Source: a virus (Duplodnaviria > Caudoviricetes). From it: a stretch of 64,000 bases of DNA. The notes beneath the pieces are model-generated. The model made no database searches. It saw nothing but the letters and a program-made list of their open reading frames with translations, and was not told where the DNA came from. The first letter of the stretch is position 1; each line of letters opens with the position of its first letter. The translations under genes were made by a program, and so were the position numbers. Below are positions 33,224 to 42,118 of this stretch, one piece after another. Location: positions 1 through 64,000 of the IMG/VR virus record IMGVR_UViG_3300050336_000035. One strand, given 5' to 3'.

Positions 33224-33451
33224 TATAAGTAAATAAAGAGGTATTTACTATGAATAAAGAAATTAAAAAGCTGATACTTGAAGGGGTTTTTATTACAGTA
33301 TGAACTATAATATGTATAATAGAATTTAATACATAGAATTCTGCTTTCATTTGGTTTTTTTAAATTTCTTGCGTGATATTAAAATAATAGTTGACAGCCA
33401 TTATTCTATCATGTTATAATGAATTATAAAATAATTTAAGGAGTGATTTAA

Positions 33452-33736
33452 ATGAATAAATCAACAGTACAAATTAATTATGAAAAGGCAAACATGGTAG
33501 TAAATGCAATAGTTGAATGTACTTCTAATCCTGAAAACATCCAAATGTACATAGTAAGAGAATTTTACAAAGCATTTAATAATGAAAATATAGACCTTGC
33601 CTATCAGATAATAAATGAAGCATTTAACAAAAATCAAGTAGCAGGATACAAATATTTAGAATGCTGTGAACGCTGCGATAGAAAAGGCGAATTTTACGAT
33701 ATAGCAATGAAAAATCCTTTAATGAATCTAAACTAA
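33452..33736 (+). CDS. Hypothetical protein
   Basis: Own TTGACA promoter, AAGGAG RBS. Confidence 0.7.
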   Translation: MNKSTVQINYEKANMVVNAIVECTSNPENIQMYIVREFYKAFNNENIDLAYQIINEAFNKNQVAGYKYLECCERCDRKGEFYDIAMKNPLMNLN

Positions 33737-33845
33737 TATAAATATAAATGTTACTGTTAAAATGCATTATAACAATTTATAGTGCATTTTATAGAGTAAC
33801 ATTGTATAATATTGTTACTACTTGAAAAATGGGAAGGTGTTAATA

Positions 33846-34259
33846 ATGAATTTGAAGACATATGAAAAGATGATGACCATTGAAGTAAAATCGACATTTG
33901 AAAAGAAAGCTATAAAAACAGAAACAACATTGAAAGCAGAACTGACTACTGATAATTTTAACTTTAAATCTATAATAGAATTTGAAAAAGAACGTCAAAA
34001 AATTGACCGTTTTATTAAAAGAATGATAAAGCAATGTCAGTATTTTGAAATGACTATAACTATATCTGAATATTCAAAGGATGAACAATACAATTGTAAA
34101 CAATTATCATTTAATCATTGGACATTTAACGGAATAGCTGATTATACTGAAAATGAGGAAGAAATGGGCGTTTATTTAAAGCCTGATATTAGATATACAC
34201 CAGAACATTTTGATGTATGGTATAATTTTACATTAGAATCTTTACCAGAAATAAATTAA
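33846..34259 (+). CDS. Hypothetical protein
   Basis: Start moved to MNLK; terminator follows. Confidence 0.65.
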   Translation: MNLKTYEKMMTIEVKSTFEKKAIKTETTLKAELTTDNFNFKSIIEFEKERQKIDRFIKRMIKQCQYFEMTITISEYSKDEQYNCKQLSFNHWTFNGIADYTENEEEMGVYLKPDIRYTPEHFDVWYNFTLESLPEIN

Positions 34260-34316
34260 TAAGAGGGTGAAATCCCTCTTTTGGTTTTGATGAAATCAGC
34301 CTTTTATGTTGAAATT

Positions 34317-34323
34317 TGTCGAA
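34317..34323 (+). promoter_or_regulatory. Spo0A box upstream of promoter
   Basis: TTTGTCGAA about 10 bp upstream of the -35. Confidence 0.55.
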
Positions 34324-34397
34324 CTGTTTTTCTTTACAAATTATATTTATAATGCTATAATTTATTCATAAAATAAATTAATAAAGGAGTAATTAAT

Positions 34398-34661
34398 ATG
34401 TTATATGTTTTAAATAATAAAACCAATAAAAATAATTTTGTTGATGAAAATAAAACAGTTGATGAATTTGGAATGGAATTAATAAGCGAGATAAGAAAAG
34501 ACAATTCAGAGCAGATGCTTTCTGTTAGTTTTGGATGGAATAATGTTCATATAGTCGCTCATGGAACAGATTTTGACACGTGGATATATAACGATAAACA
34601 TCCAGTATTCCAAAGAGCATTAAAAAATAGTAATATTGAAATGATTACAATTAATAAATAG
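34398..34661 (+). CDS. Hypothetical protein
   Basis: Promoter plus ORF between sites 34290 and 34664. Confidence 0.7.
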   Translation: MLYVLNNKTNKNNFVDENKTVDEFGMELISEIRKDNSEQMLSVSFGWNNVHIVAHGTDFDTWIYNDKHPVFQRALKNSNIEMITINK

Positions 34662-34690
34662 TGATAAAAGAAGGCTTTTATGTCATTTTT

Positions 34691-34735
34691 TGTCGAACAA
34701 TTTTTCTTGACATATTATATTTATAATGTTATACT
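34691..34735 (+). promoter_or_regulatory. Spo0A box plus sigmaA promoter
   Basis: TGTCGAA 34691-34697; TTGACA 34707, 17-bp spacer, TATACT 34730. Confidence 0.65.
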
Positions 34736-34769
34736 TAATTCATAAAATAACTTGTGGAGGTGCTTTAGT

Positions 34770-35033
34770 ATGGCATTAACTGGTGAAAATTTTTTAAGAA
34801 TAGACCGTCATAATTCTACTATAAATAACTTAAAAGGTAAAATTAATAAAGTAAAAAATGAATTTGATAGTTATATGAGAGTACAATATAATAAAGAAAT
34901 GGGTTATATAGATGGTGAGCCAGATACAGATATTTTTGTCAAATGTCATAAGTTTGAAAAAAGAATTGAGCGTTTAGAATACTTATTATATTGTGCAGAG
35001 TATGAAGAAAATAGAAGGAGAAACTGGAATTAA
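34770..35033 (+). CDS. Hypothetical protein
   Basis: Start moved to MALT after GGAGG. Confidence 0.65.
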   Translation: MALTGENFLRIDRHNSTINNLKGKINKVKNEFDSYMRVQYNKEMGYIDGEPDTDIFVKCHKFEKRIERLEYLLYCAEYEENRRRNWN

Positions 35034-35298
35034 TATACCTGAGCCTTGCAAGAGTATAAAACTTGTAAGGCTTATTTGATGTTAGAATAAATTGTTATTT
35101 ATATATTTACGATATCGGTTTGATATGGTAAAATTAATTATAGACTTCGGACGGAAGCGTGTGAGGAAACACTTAACCTGCCAATTTTTAAGTTATTTGA
35201 TATAAATATAATTATGAGATAATTACCTATTGAATTTAATAATATAATATGGTAATATATATACATGATAGTTAATACATATTTAGGAGGGTGAGAAC

Positions 35299-35568
35299 AT
35301 GCTAAAAGAATTAAAAGAAAAAACATATCAGAATTTTTATATCAATGAAGAAAATGAAATAGTTGGAATAGTTACACCAAAGGAAAAATGGAAAATCAAA
35401 GAACCAGCAGAATTGCAAGCATATTACATAGATAAAATATACAAACTAAAAAGCGGAATGCAAGTACAATTTGTATCTGAAAGAATAAGAAAGTTAGAAA
35501 AACAATTAACTCAGCTAACAAGAGAAATGAATAAAAGATGTACAATGAATGTTGAAGCCGTAAATTAA
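35299..35568 (+). CDS. Hypothetical protein
   Basis: AGGAGG RBS. Confidence 0.65.
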   Translation: MLKELKEKTYQNFYINEENEIVGIVTPKEKWKIKEPAELQAYYIDKIYKLKSGMQVQFVSERIRKLEKQLTQLTREMNKRCTMNVEAVN

Positions 35569-36170
35569 TATGGCTTTTCTTTTATCTTAAATATATCAAG
35601 TCCGTATAAGTCATTTTAAGCCATTATATTAATATCAGTAATATAATAAGCCTTGCGGAGTGCTAAAACGGTTTAAAAGGATTCTAGGCAGTATCTAATA
35701 TAAAAACCACATAAAATGTTGTTTTCAATCACAAATTAAGCTACCCTAAAAAACTGGGTAGCTTTTTTATTTTACATCAGCCGAGCGTATAAAATCAAAG
35801 TCACAGAATCGCTTTAAAACGATTTTTAGGGCATAGGTAATATAATTAGTATGCAGAGATTTTATAAACGCTTAAAAAGGCTAATAATACATTGTATTTA
35901 TTATTAATATTATTTTTGTAACATAGTTGTATTTTTCCAATAATAAGCATATAATATAAATGTATTTACAAATACAATTATTTCACGTTGGGGAAGCTGA
36001 AAAAGCAATAAAAACATAAGCAAATATAAATATAAAATAAATTTAGAAAAATATTAAAAATAGTATTGACATACTAAAAGAATGAGAGTATACTAAAAGA
36101 GTACCAGAGAGGTACACAAAATAAATTTTATAAATCCTCGTACTAAGTCGAGGTAGAAAGCGAGTACAAT

Positions 36171-36587
36171 ATGACAAATTCAAAAATCGAAAGTTTAGCA
36201 AGATTCTTAGAAGTAGAAACAGAAGAAATTTCACAAGGTTACAGCGAAAATATTTTTGAATATGGTAATCAAGAATATTTAATTCTTACAGAAGAAGAAG
36301 CAGATAATGCAGTAAAAGAAAATATAGAAGAATCTGTTTGGGCGTTTAACGCAAACTTTATTCTCGACCATACTAATATTGAATGGAATTCAAGAATAGA
36401 AAAATCATTAAAAAGAATGCAAGAAGAACTTTCCGAAGATGCCAACGACTTATTAAAAGCTATGATAACAGATTTTGACGAGTTCGTTGAAGATGCAATT
36501 TCAGCAGATGGCAGAGGACATTTTTTAGCTGGTTATGATGGAGAAGAAAACGAACAAGATGAATATTATATTTATAGGAATAACTAA
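36171..36587 (+). CDS. Acidic hypothetical protein
   Basis: Own promoter; very D/E-rich; DGRGHFLAGYDGEE. Confidence 0.75.
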   Translation: MTNSKIESLARFLEVETEEISQGYSENIFEYGNQEYLILTEEEADNAVKENIEESVWAFNANFILDHTNIEWNSRIEKSLKRMQEELSEDANDLLKAMITDFDEFVEDAISADGRGHFLAGYDGEENEQDEYYIYRNN

Positions 36588-36588
36588 A

Positions 36589-36654
36589 GTCGAAACTAGC
36601 CATAACAGGCTAGTATATACAAGATGGTAACTTGTATACTGATGAGACAAACCA
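36589..36654 (+). ncRNA. Hammerhead ribozyme, type II
   Basis: GTC-GAAA-[CTAGCC/GGCTAG]-TA-[TATACAAG/CTTGTATA]-CTGATGA-GAC; full core; loop TGGT can pair with ACCA at 36651. Confidence 0.9.
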
Positions 36655-36705
36655 AAATTTTATTAATCCTAGTATATTAAATCTAGGTAGAAAGTAGGTT
36701 ATAAA

Positions 36706-37104
36706 ATGAGTATATCAACAACGTTCAAACAGTTTGAGATTAAGGCAAGTTATAAAGGTGATAAAAAATGGAATGATGATACAAACAATTGGAATAATCA
36801 CATGATAAAAGTTACCAATACAGAAACAAAACAGAGTATAGCTTTTGAATTTTGGAGTAGTATTGTAAAACCTGAAATAACAGAAGAAAAAGAAGTATTA
36901 TTTGCTTTTGAATGTTTAATTTTAGATTCAATAGCAGGAGATAAATATTTTGAAGATTTTTGTTCTGAATTTGGATATGATACAGATAGTCGAAAAGCTG
37001 AAAAGATACACAAAAAATGTATTAAACAACTTGAAAAATTAAAAAAAATATATGATGGTGATATTTACGAGTTAGTTAATGAATTGCAGGAGGTAGCAGG
37101 ATAA
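36706..37104 (+). CDS. Hypothetical protein
   Basis: FEDFCSEFGYDTDSRKAEKI phage motif. Confidence 0.75.
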   Translation: MSISTTFKQFEIKASYKGDKKWNDDTNNWNNHMIKVTNTETKQSIAFEFWSSIVKPEITEEKEVLFAFECLILDSIAGDKYFEDFCSEFGYDTDSRKAEKIHKKCIKQLEKLKKIYDGDIYELVNELQEVAG

Positions 37105-37319
37105 TGAGCAGACCACAAGCATATCAACCAGAACAAGGTTATAAATATCAAATTTTAACACGTAACAGCCAATATTCAAGAGCCTTCGAGCATTGTGATT
37201 ATGCAAAAGATAATAAAGAAAAGAAATACTTAATTGAAAATTACCGTCAAGCCTATGGCATAGGGTGGGAATTTAAAAGTATAATGTTACCTGAAAAATA
37301 TTGGACAGAAAAACAATAA
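37104..37319 (+). CDS. Hypothetical protein
   Basis: Coupled, AGGAGG RBS. Confidence 0.7.
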   Translation: MSRPQAYQPEQGYKYQILTRNSQYSRAFEHCDYAKDNKEKKYLIENYRQAYGIGWEFKSIMLPEKYWTEKQ

Positions 37320-37431
37320 TATAAAAAGGCATAAATCAAAGTAACAGAATGTGTAAATCTTTGTAGCTGATAGAATAATCCTTAACAGGGTATTTTATCA
37401 GCTATTTTTATTTTTTGGAGGTAACATAGTA

Positions 37432-38223
37432 ATGAATATAATTAAGATATCAGAACAAGTTTTTGAGACTATACAAAACAATGATATATTACCAATAGAA
37501 AAAGAACATTTACCATATAACACAATATGCATTGCGTTTCCTTATTCTTTTTTACGCTCATCCGATGAAATGATAGATGATGCTATTAAAGAATTAAAAG
37601 TAAAAGCCAATCAACAGGGTATAGGATTAAAGAAAATGCTAGAAGATAGAAAGCAAGAAATTGAGGAACAACAAAGAAAGATAATTAATTACTGTAACAG
37701 TGACTTACATGTAATATTCAATATTAATAATTTTGAAATAACAGTAAAACACAGTAGACCGCAAATAATAGGAGTATCGGAGCAAGTTTTATTTCATGGT
37801 GTAAAGGCTTTTGAATTTGTGCCAATGATTAAAGTAAATCAAATGAGTGATAATGGTATATGGTTTTATAATACTATGGTTAAATTGGTATCTGGTGTAA
37901 TATATGCTATTAATAATATGAATATCGAGGTAACAGAGACTACAGAAAATATCAAGTCAAACAGTAACAGACCAACAAAAACCAATAATGAGAAAATACG
38001 TTATATTTCTAATATTAAATATCTTAATTCTACTATAACAGATGGACAAAGTACAAGCCATGAAAAACGTATATTCAATATGGAGGCATGGGAAGTTCGA
38101 GGACATTGGAGACATTATCAAAACGGAAGTAAAATTTGGGTTAATGCTTATGTCAAAGGAGATAAGGAAAAGCTACGTAACAGCGATAATATATATAAGC
38201 TGAATAAAATTGATATTGACTAG
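37432..38223 (+). CDS. Hypothetical protein with WEVRGHWR motif
   Basis: GGAGG RBS; C-terminal VRGHWRHY...KIWV..YVKG. Confidence 0.75.
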   Translation: MNIIKISEQVFETIQNNDILPIEKEHLPYNTICIAFPYSFLRSSDEMIDDAIKELKVKANQQGIGLKKMLEDRKQEIEEQQRKIINYCNSDLHVIFNINNFEITVKHSRPQIIGVSEQVLFHGVKAFEFVPMIKVNQMSDNGIWFYNTMVKLVSGVIYAINNMNIEVTETTENIKSNSNRPTKTNNEKIRYISNIKYLNSTITDGQSTSHEKRIFNMEAWEVRGHWRHYQNGSKIWVNAYVKGDKEKLRNSDNIYKLNKIDID

Positions 38224-38698
38224 GTAACAGCCGATATTTAATGATGCCGAGGTAACAGCACTAAATTTTTATTCCAAGGGTAACAGCGAGGTGAAATTAT
38301 ATGAAGCAATATTCACAGAAAGATATTGAAAATTTGATAAATCAGTATAACAGAACTGACAAGCAGATTATAAAAAAGAATACAGTTAGAATATTATCAG
38401 AATCAGGATATCAATATACAGATATAGCAAACAGGACAGGTATAGGAGTACAAACCCTTTACCAATATAACAAAGAGTATGTAACAAATTACCCTAACTT
38501 TTTAACAGCTTTGAAGATTGCTAATTTTTTGGAAATTGATATAACAGAATTCATTTTGAATAGCAAGGAAAATTTAATGATTAGAGGGTAACAGCACTTG
38601 ATTTTTATTGCATGAGATTTTTATAATTCTCTAGGTAACAGCAATGGTTTTGAGTTACGGAGGGTAACAGCAAGACTTTTAAATCACTAAGGTAACAG
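38223..38698 (+). repeat. GGTAACAG(C) direct-repeat array, about 28-bp period, flanking an HTH gene
   Basis: Copies at 38223, 38251, 38279, 38587, 38634, 38663, 38691. Confidence 0.9.
38301..38591 (+). CDS. XRE-family HTH protein
   Basis: YTDIANRTGIGVQTLYQY...PNFLTALKIANFLEIDITEF. Confidence 0.78.
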   Translation: MKQYSQKDIENLINQYNRTDKQIIKKNTVRILSESGYQYTDIANRTGIGVQTLYQYNKEYVTNYPNFLTALKIANFLEIDITEFILNSKENLMIRG

Positions 38699-38855
38699 AA
38701 CTTAAAAAATGTTTCAAGAAATATTTATGATTAGTATTGACAGACTATTATAACAGGTATATAATAGAATTATGGAATGTAAATTAATTATATTAATAAC
38801 AGAAAACAGAATGAAAGTTGAATTTGGTCATATTATGAAAGGATGGTAAAGTATT

Positions 38856-39182
38856 ATGATGAACACATTTGTTAGAGGAGAAGTTTATAACACAGTGAAT
38901 GGTATAGTTGTTGTTTTAAATGCAGAACTTAATTCAGATTATGCAATAGTAGCAAACGTAAAAGAAAGTATAAATGATGAAGTTCCTTATGTAAAAATGA
39001 TTGATTTTGATTCTAAAAAGTACTTAGAAATGGGAGCAAAACCTGTTAAGAAAAGCGATATAACTAATTTTTTAGGAATTGCGTCAAAATCAGTTGAAAA
39101 ATTAGAAAAGAAAATTACTAAATGGTTAGATAATAGACCCGAAAAAGTATGGAATGGTACTGAATGGGTAACAGTTCAATAG
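38856..39182 (+). CDS. Hypothetical protein
   Basis: Between sites 38811 and 39188. Confidence 0.7.
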   Translation: MMNTFVRGEVYNTVNGIVVVLNAELNSDYAIVANVKESINDEVPYVKMIDFDSKKYLEMGAKPVKKSDITNFLGIASKSVEKLEKKITKWLDNRPEKVWNGTEWVTVQ

Positions 39183-39248
39183 TTAAAATGAATATTACAA
39201 TTTATAACATATTTAATTGCTACAAAGTAGCAGAAAGAGAGTATTATT

Positions 39249-39497
39249 ATGATGAATATGGAAGTACTTAAAGGTTCTGGAGTTAATGCTGATACTATAG
39301 AGATTATAGTAAGACATGATTCATCCGAGATATTTAAAAAGAAATATTACTATGGATATAGTGTTAGTTATAAGGCTATATTTGCCACAAAAGATAAACC
39401 TCTTGACAAAGACCTCATACAAGATATTGCACAACAGTATAATATACCTTCTGAAAGTATTATATATGGTCAAGGAGTAAACGTATTCAAGGGTTAA
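39249..39497 (+). CDS. Hypothetical protein
   Basis: Between sites 39188 and 39503. Confidence 0.65.
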   Translation: MMNMEVLKGSGVNADTIEIIVRHDSSEIFKKKYYYGYSVSYKAIFATKDKPLDKDLIQDIAQQYNIPSESIIYGQGVNVFKG

Positions 39498-39549
39498 TTG
39501 TTATAGAAGGTGGATTTGGTCACATAACAAATTTAAGGAGTGCTTAACA

Positions 39550-39849
39550 ATGGAAATACCGAAATATATAATAGAACTGCTTGAACGTTCAAAATATTCA
39601 TATGATAAAAGTCTTTCCAAGAATGAAGATTATGCAGTAGGCTATACAATAGAAATACACAAAAGAACAGAATATGCATATGTATCTACATTAAATGAAG
39701 AAATTGAAAAATTACAAAAATTTGTAATTAAGAATAACAGTGACTGCAAAATATTATCTATACCTAAAGAGACACATTACAATGACCAGTATGCAGTAAT
39801 TACAATCTTTGACCCGATAATGAAACATTTAGAACAGTATATAAAATAA
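39550..39849 (+). CDS. Hypothetical protein
   Basis: Between sites 39503 and 39841. Confidence 0.7.
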   Translation: MEIPKYIIELLERSKYSYDKSLSKNEDYAVGYTIEIHKRTEYAYVSTLNEEIEKLQKFVIKNNSDCKILSIPKETHYNDQYAVITIFDPIMKHLEQYIK

Positions 39850-39883
39850 GATTTTTATTATATTAATAAAGGAGATTAAAAAT

Positions 39884-40156
39884 ATGTTTAAAATTGAAGT
39901 TGTTGCAAGGATTTATTATACTTGTAATTTATCAAATGAGGATGAGAAGAAAGTGATAAATTATATTAAAGAAAATTATGAAGAATTTAAATTTATGAGT
40001 GAAAAAGATAAAATACTTAAAGCTGTAGAAGAGTTATATTCAAATAACAAAATAGATGTATATAAAAATTCTACCGAAAGCGATATGTCTACAGAGGAAT
40101 TTAACTGGTCTGAGTTTGAAGAAAGAGACGCTGAGGATATTATATCTGGTAAATAA
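39884..40156 (+). CDS. Hypothetical protein
   Basis: Between sites 39841 and 40161. Confidence 0.7.
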   Translation: MFKIEVVARIYYTCNLSNEDEKKVINYIKENYEEFKFMSEKDKILKAVEELYSNNKIDVYKNSTESDMSTEEFNWSEFEERDAEDIISGK

Positions 40157-40200
40157 TTGCATAAAACAAGGTATTCATCCAGAAATTAAGGAGGTTTAAA

Positions 40201-40425
40201 ATGAATAAAGTTAAGACATCTAATGACTTTGAATTATTTACAAAAATTTATATTACAGGACATGATGGTGAATGTTCCATTAGTGAAACAATAAAAGATT
40301 TTGAATCACATAGAGAAGACTTTGAATTTAATTTTAACAACAACGACATAATTAATGTATTTAAGAACTTGGAGAGTAAAAAGCAGATTCAAAAAAGAAC
40401 GAATGATATTTATTATGTGTGGTAA
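40201..40425 (+). CDS. Hypothetical protein
   Basis: Between sites 40161 and 40433. Confidence 0.65.
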   Translation: MNKVKTSNDFELFTKIYITGHDGECSISETIKDFESHREDFEFNFNNNDIINVFKNLESKKQIQKRTNDIYYVW

Positions 40426-40540
40426 TAACATGATGAAAGTATAATTTCATTCAAAAATTATTTTAATATTTTATATTGACTTTATTAAAATAATTTGATA
40501 TTATATAAACATAAAATAATTCTAAAGGAGAGATTACATA

Positions 40541-41071
40541 ATGAAAAACTTACAAATTGTCACAGATGAGAGTGTTTTAAGAAAAGAGTGTACACCAATA
40601 GATAAGAATGATAATATAAAGGATTTACTTGAATCAGCAAATGGAATGTTAAAACTTATGCTTGAAAAAGAAGGAGTAGGGATAGCTGCTCCACAGGTAG
40701 GAATCAATAAAAGATTTTTTATTGCTTTTGTTGAAATAGAAGAAGGAAAGTTGTATCCTCAATTATTTATTAATCCAGTAATAACAAATAAGAGTGAAAA
40801 AATGAATGAAGGTTCGGAAGGTTGTTTGAGTATTCCTGATTGCTCTGGAATGGTTAGCAGACATGAATATATAACAGTAAAATATTATGATATTGCTACG
40901 GATAAGACAATTCAAAAAGAATTTACAGGTTTTAGTGCTACGGTAATTCAACATGAATATGACCATTTAGAAGGTATTTTATACACTGATAAGGCTGAAA
41001 ACATAATATCCACAAAACTTCTTAATGGACATGAAAGACATAATGCATTAAAGGAATTAGTTGCAAACTAA
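40541..41071 (+). CDS. def: Peptide deformylase
   Basis: GVGIAAPQVG, EGCLS, QHEYDHLEG motifs. Confidence 0.95.
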   Translation: MKNLQIVTDESVLRKECTPIDKNDNIKDLLESANGMLKLMLEKEGVGIAAPQVGINKRFFIAFVEIEEGKLYPQLFINPVITNKSEKMNEGSEGCLSIPDCSGMVSRHEYITVKYYDIATDKTIQKEFTGFSATVIQHEYDHLEGILYTDKAENIISTKLLNGHERHNALKELVAN

Positions 41072-41101
41072 ATAATATAAGTAAGTAAGGAAGGTGAAGA
41101 T

Positions 41102-42118
41102 GTGAAAAAATTAAATGTATCATGGACTGTAAAAAAAATAGTATATAATATTGATAAAGGAAATGTATTGTTTAACCATCCTATTCAACGTAAATCGGGA
41201 CAATGGTCAGATGAACAAAAAAGTTTATTAATACATAGTTTGTTATCAGATTATCCTGTACCGCCATTATATGCTGTACAAGACCAAAATGAAAATAGTA
41301 GTAAATATTCTGTTTTGGATGGAAAACAAAGACTTACTGTTTTACAGAATTATATTAAAGACGGATGGAAATTAATGAAAGAAATGCCGGAAGTAATAAT
41401 AAATGAAACTACATATGATATAAGTGGTTTAAAATTTTCACAACTTCCAGAAGATGCAAGAGAGGAATTGGAATCAGCAAATTTATTAATGTACATATTT
41501 GAGGATTGTTCAGATGATGAAATTGAAGAAATATTTTACCGTCTTAATAATGGAACAGCATTAACTAAAGACCAAAAAACTCGTATAAGATTAGGTGATA
41601 GGCTTGCTAGATTTATTGATGAAGTTTTAGAACTAGACTTCTTTAAGACTAAAGCATATTTTTCACCATATCAATTAAAAAGAGCTGAAGACCAAACATG
41701 TATATTACAAACATTAATGTTGCTTGTTGATTACAAATATAAAACATTTAATAATAGTGATGTTTTAGAATTTGCAGAATATTATCGAGAAAACTATAAA
41801 GAAGATGATTTGCAAGAATGTATTAAGCTATTTAGATTGCTTGATAACGCATTTACTGAAAAACATAAACAGATTAAAAAAATTAATATACCTATGTTTG
41901 TAATGGCATTAAAGGCAACATTAGATATGGATTCTTCCTTTGAATTATATTCTGGTTGGGTAAATAAATTTATTGATAGTTATAATCCAAAATGTGAATA
42001 TGCACAGTATTGTGGACAAGGAAGTACTCATAAAGATAAAATTTTAAAACGTCTTGATTTAACTTATAATGATTTAATAGATTATATTTCTGAAAAGGAG
42101 GTACACAATGAGTTTTAA
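41102..42118 (+). CDS. DUF262 (ParB/GmrSD-N-like) protein
   Basis: HPIQR...W...KSLLIHSLL...P..LY...LDGKQRLT...EIFYRLNNG. Confidence 0.85.
   Translation: MKKLNVSWTVKKIVYNIDKGNVLFNHPIQRKSGQWSDEQKSLLIHSLLSDYPVPPLYAVQDQNENSSKYSVLDGKQRLTVLQNYIKDGWKLMKEMPEVIINETTYDISGLKFSQLPEDAREELESANLLMYIFEDCSDDEIEEIFYRLNNGTALTKDQKTRIRLGDRLARFIDEVLELDFFKTKAYFSPYQLKRAEDQTCILQTLMLLVDYKYKTFNNSDVLEFAEYYRENYKEDDLQECIKLFRLLDNAFTEKHKQIKKINIPMFVMALKATLDMDSSFELYSGWVNKFIDSYNPKCEYAQYCGQGSTHKDKILKRLDLTYNDLIDYISEKEVHNEF

Noticed and set aside
38223-38698. CRISPR array
   Set aside because: Repeat is only 8-9 bp, interrupted by a gene, and no cas genes nearby; kept as a repeat cluster.
41102-42118. GmrSD type IV restriction enzyme
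   Set aside because: No DUF1524/HNH nuclease domain or partner is visible.
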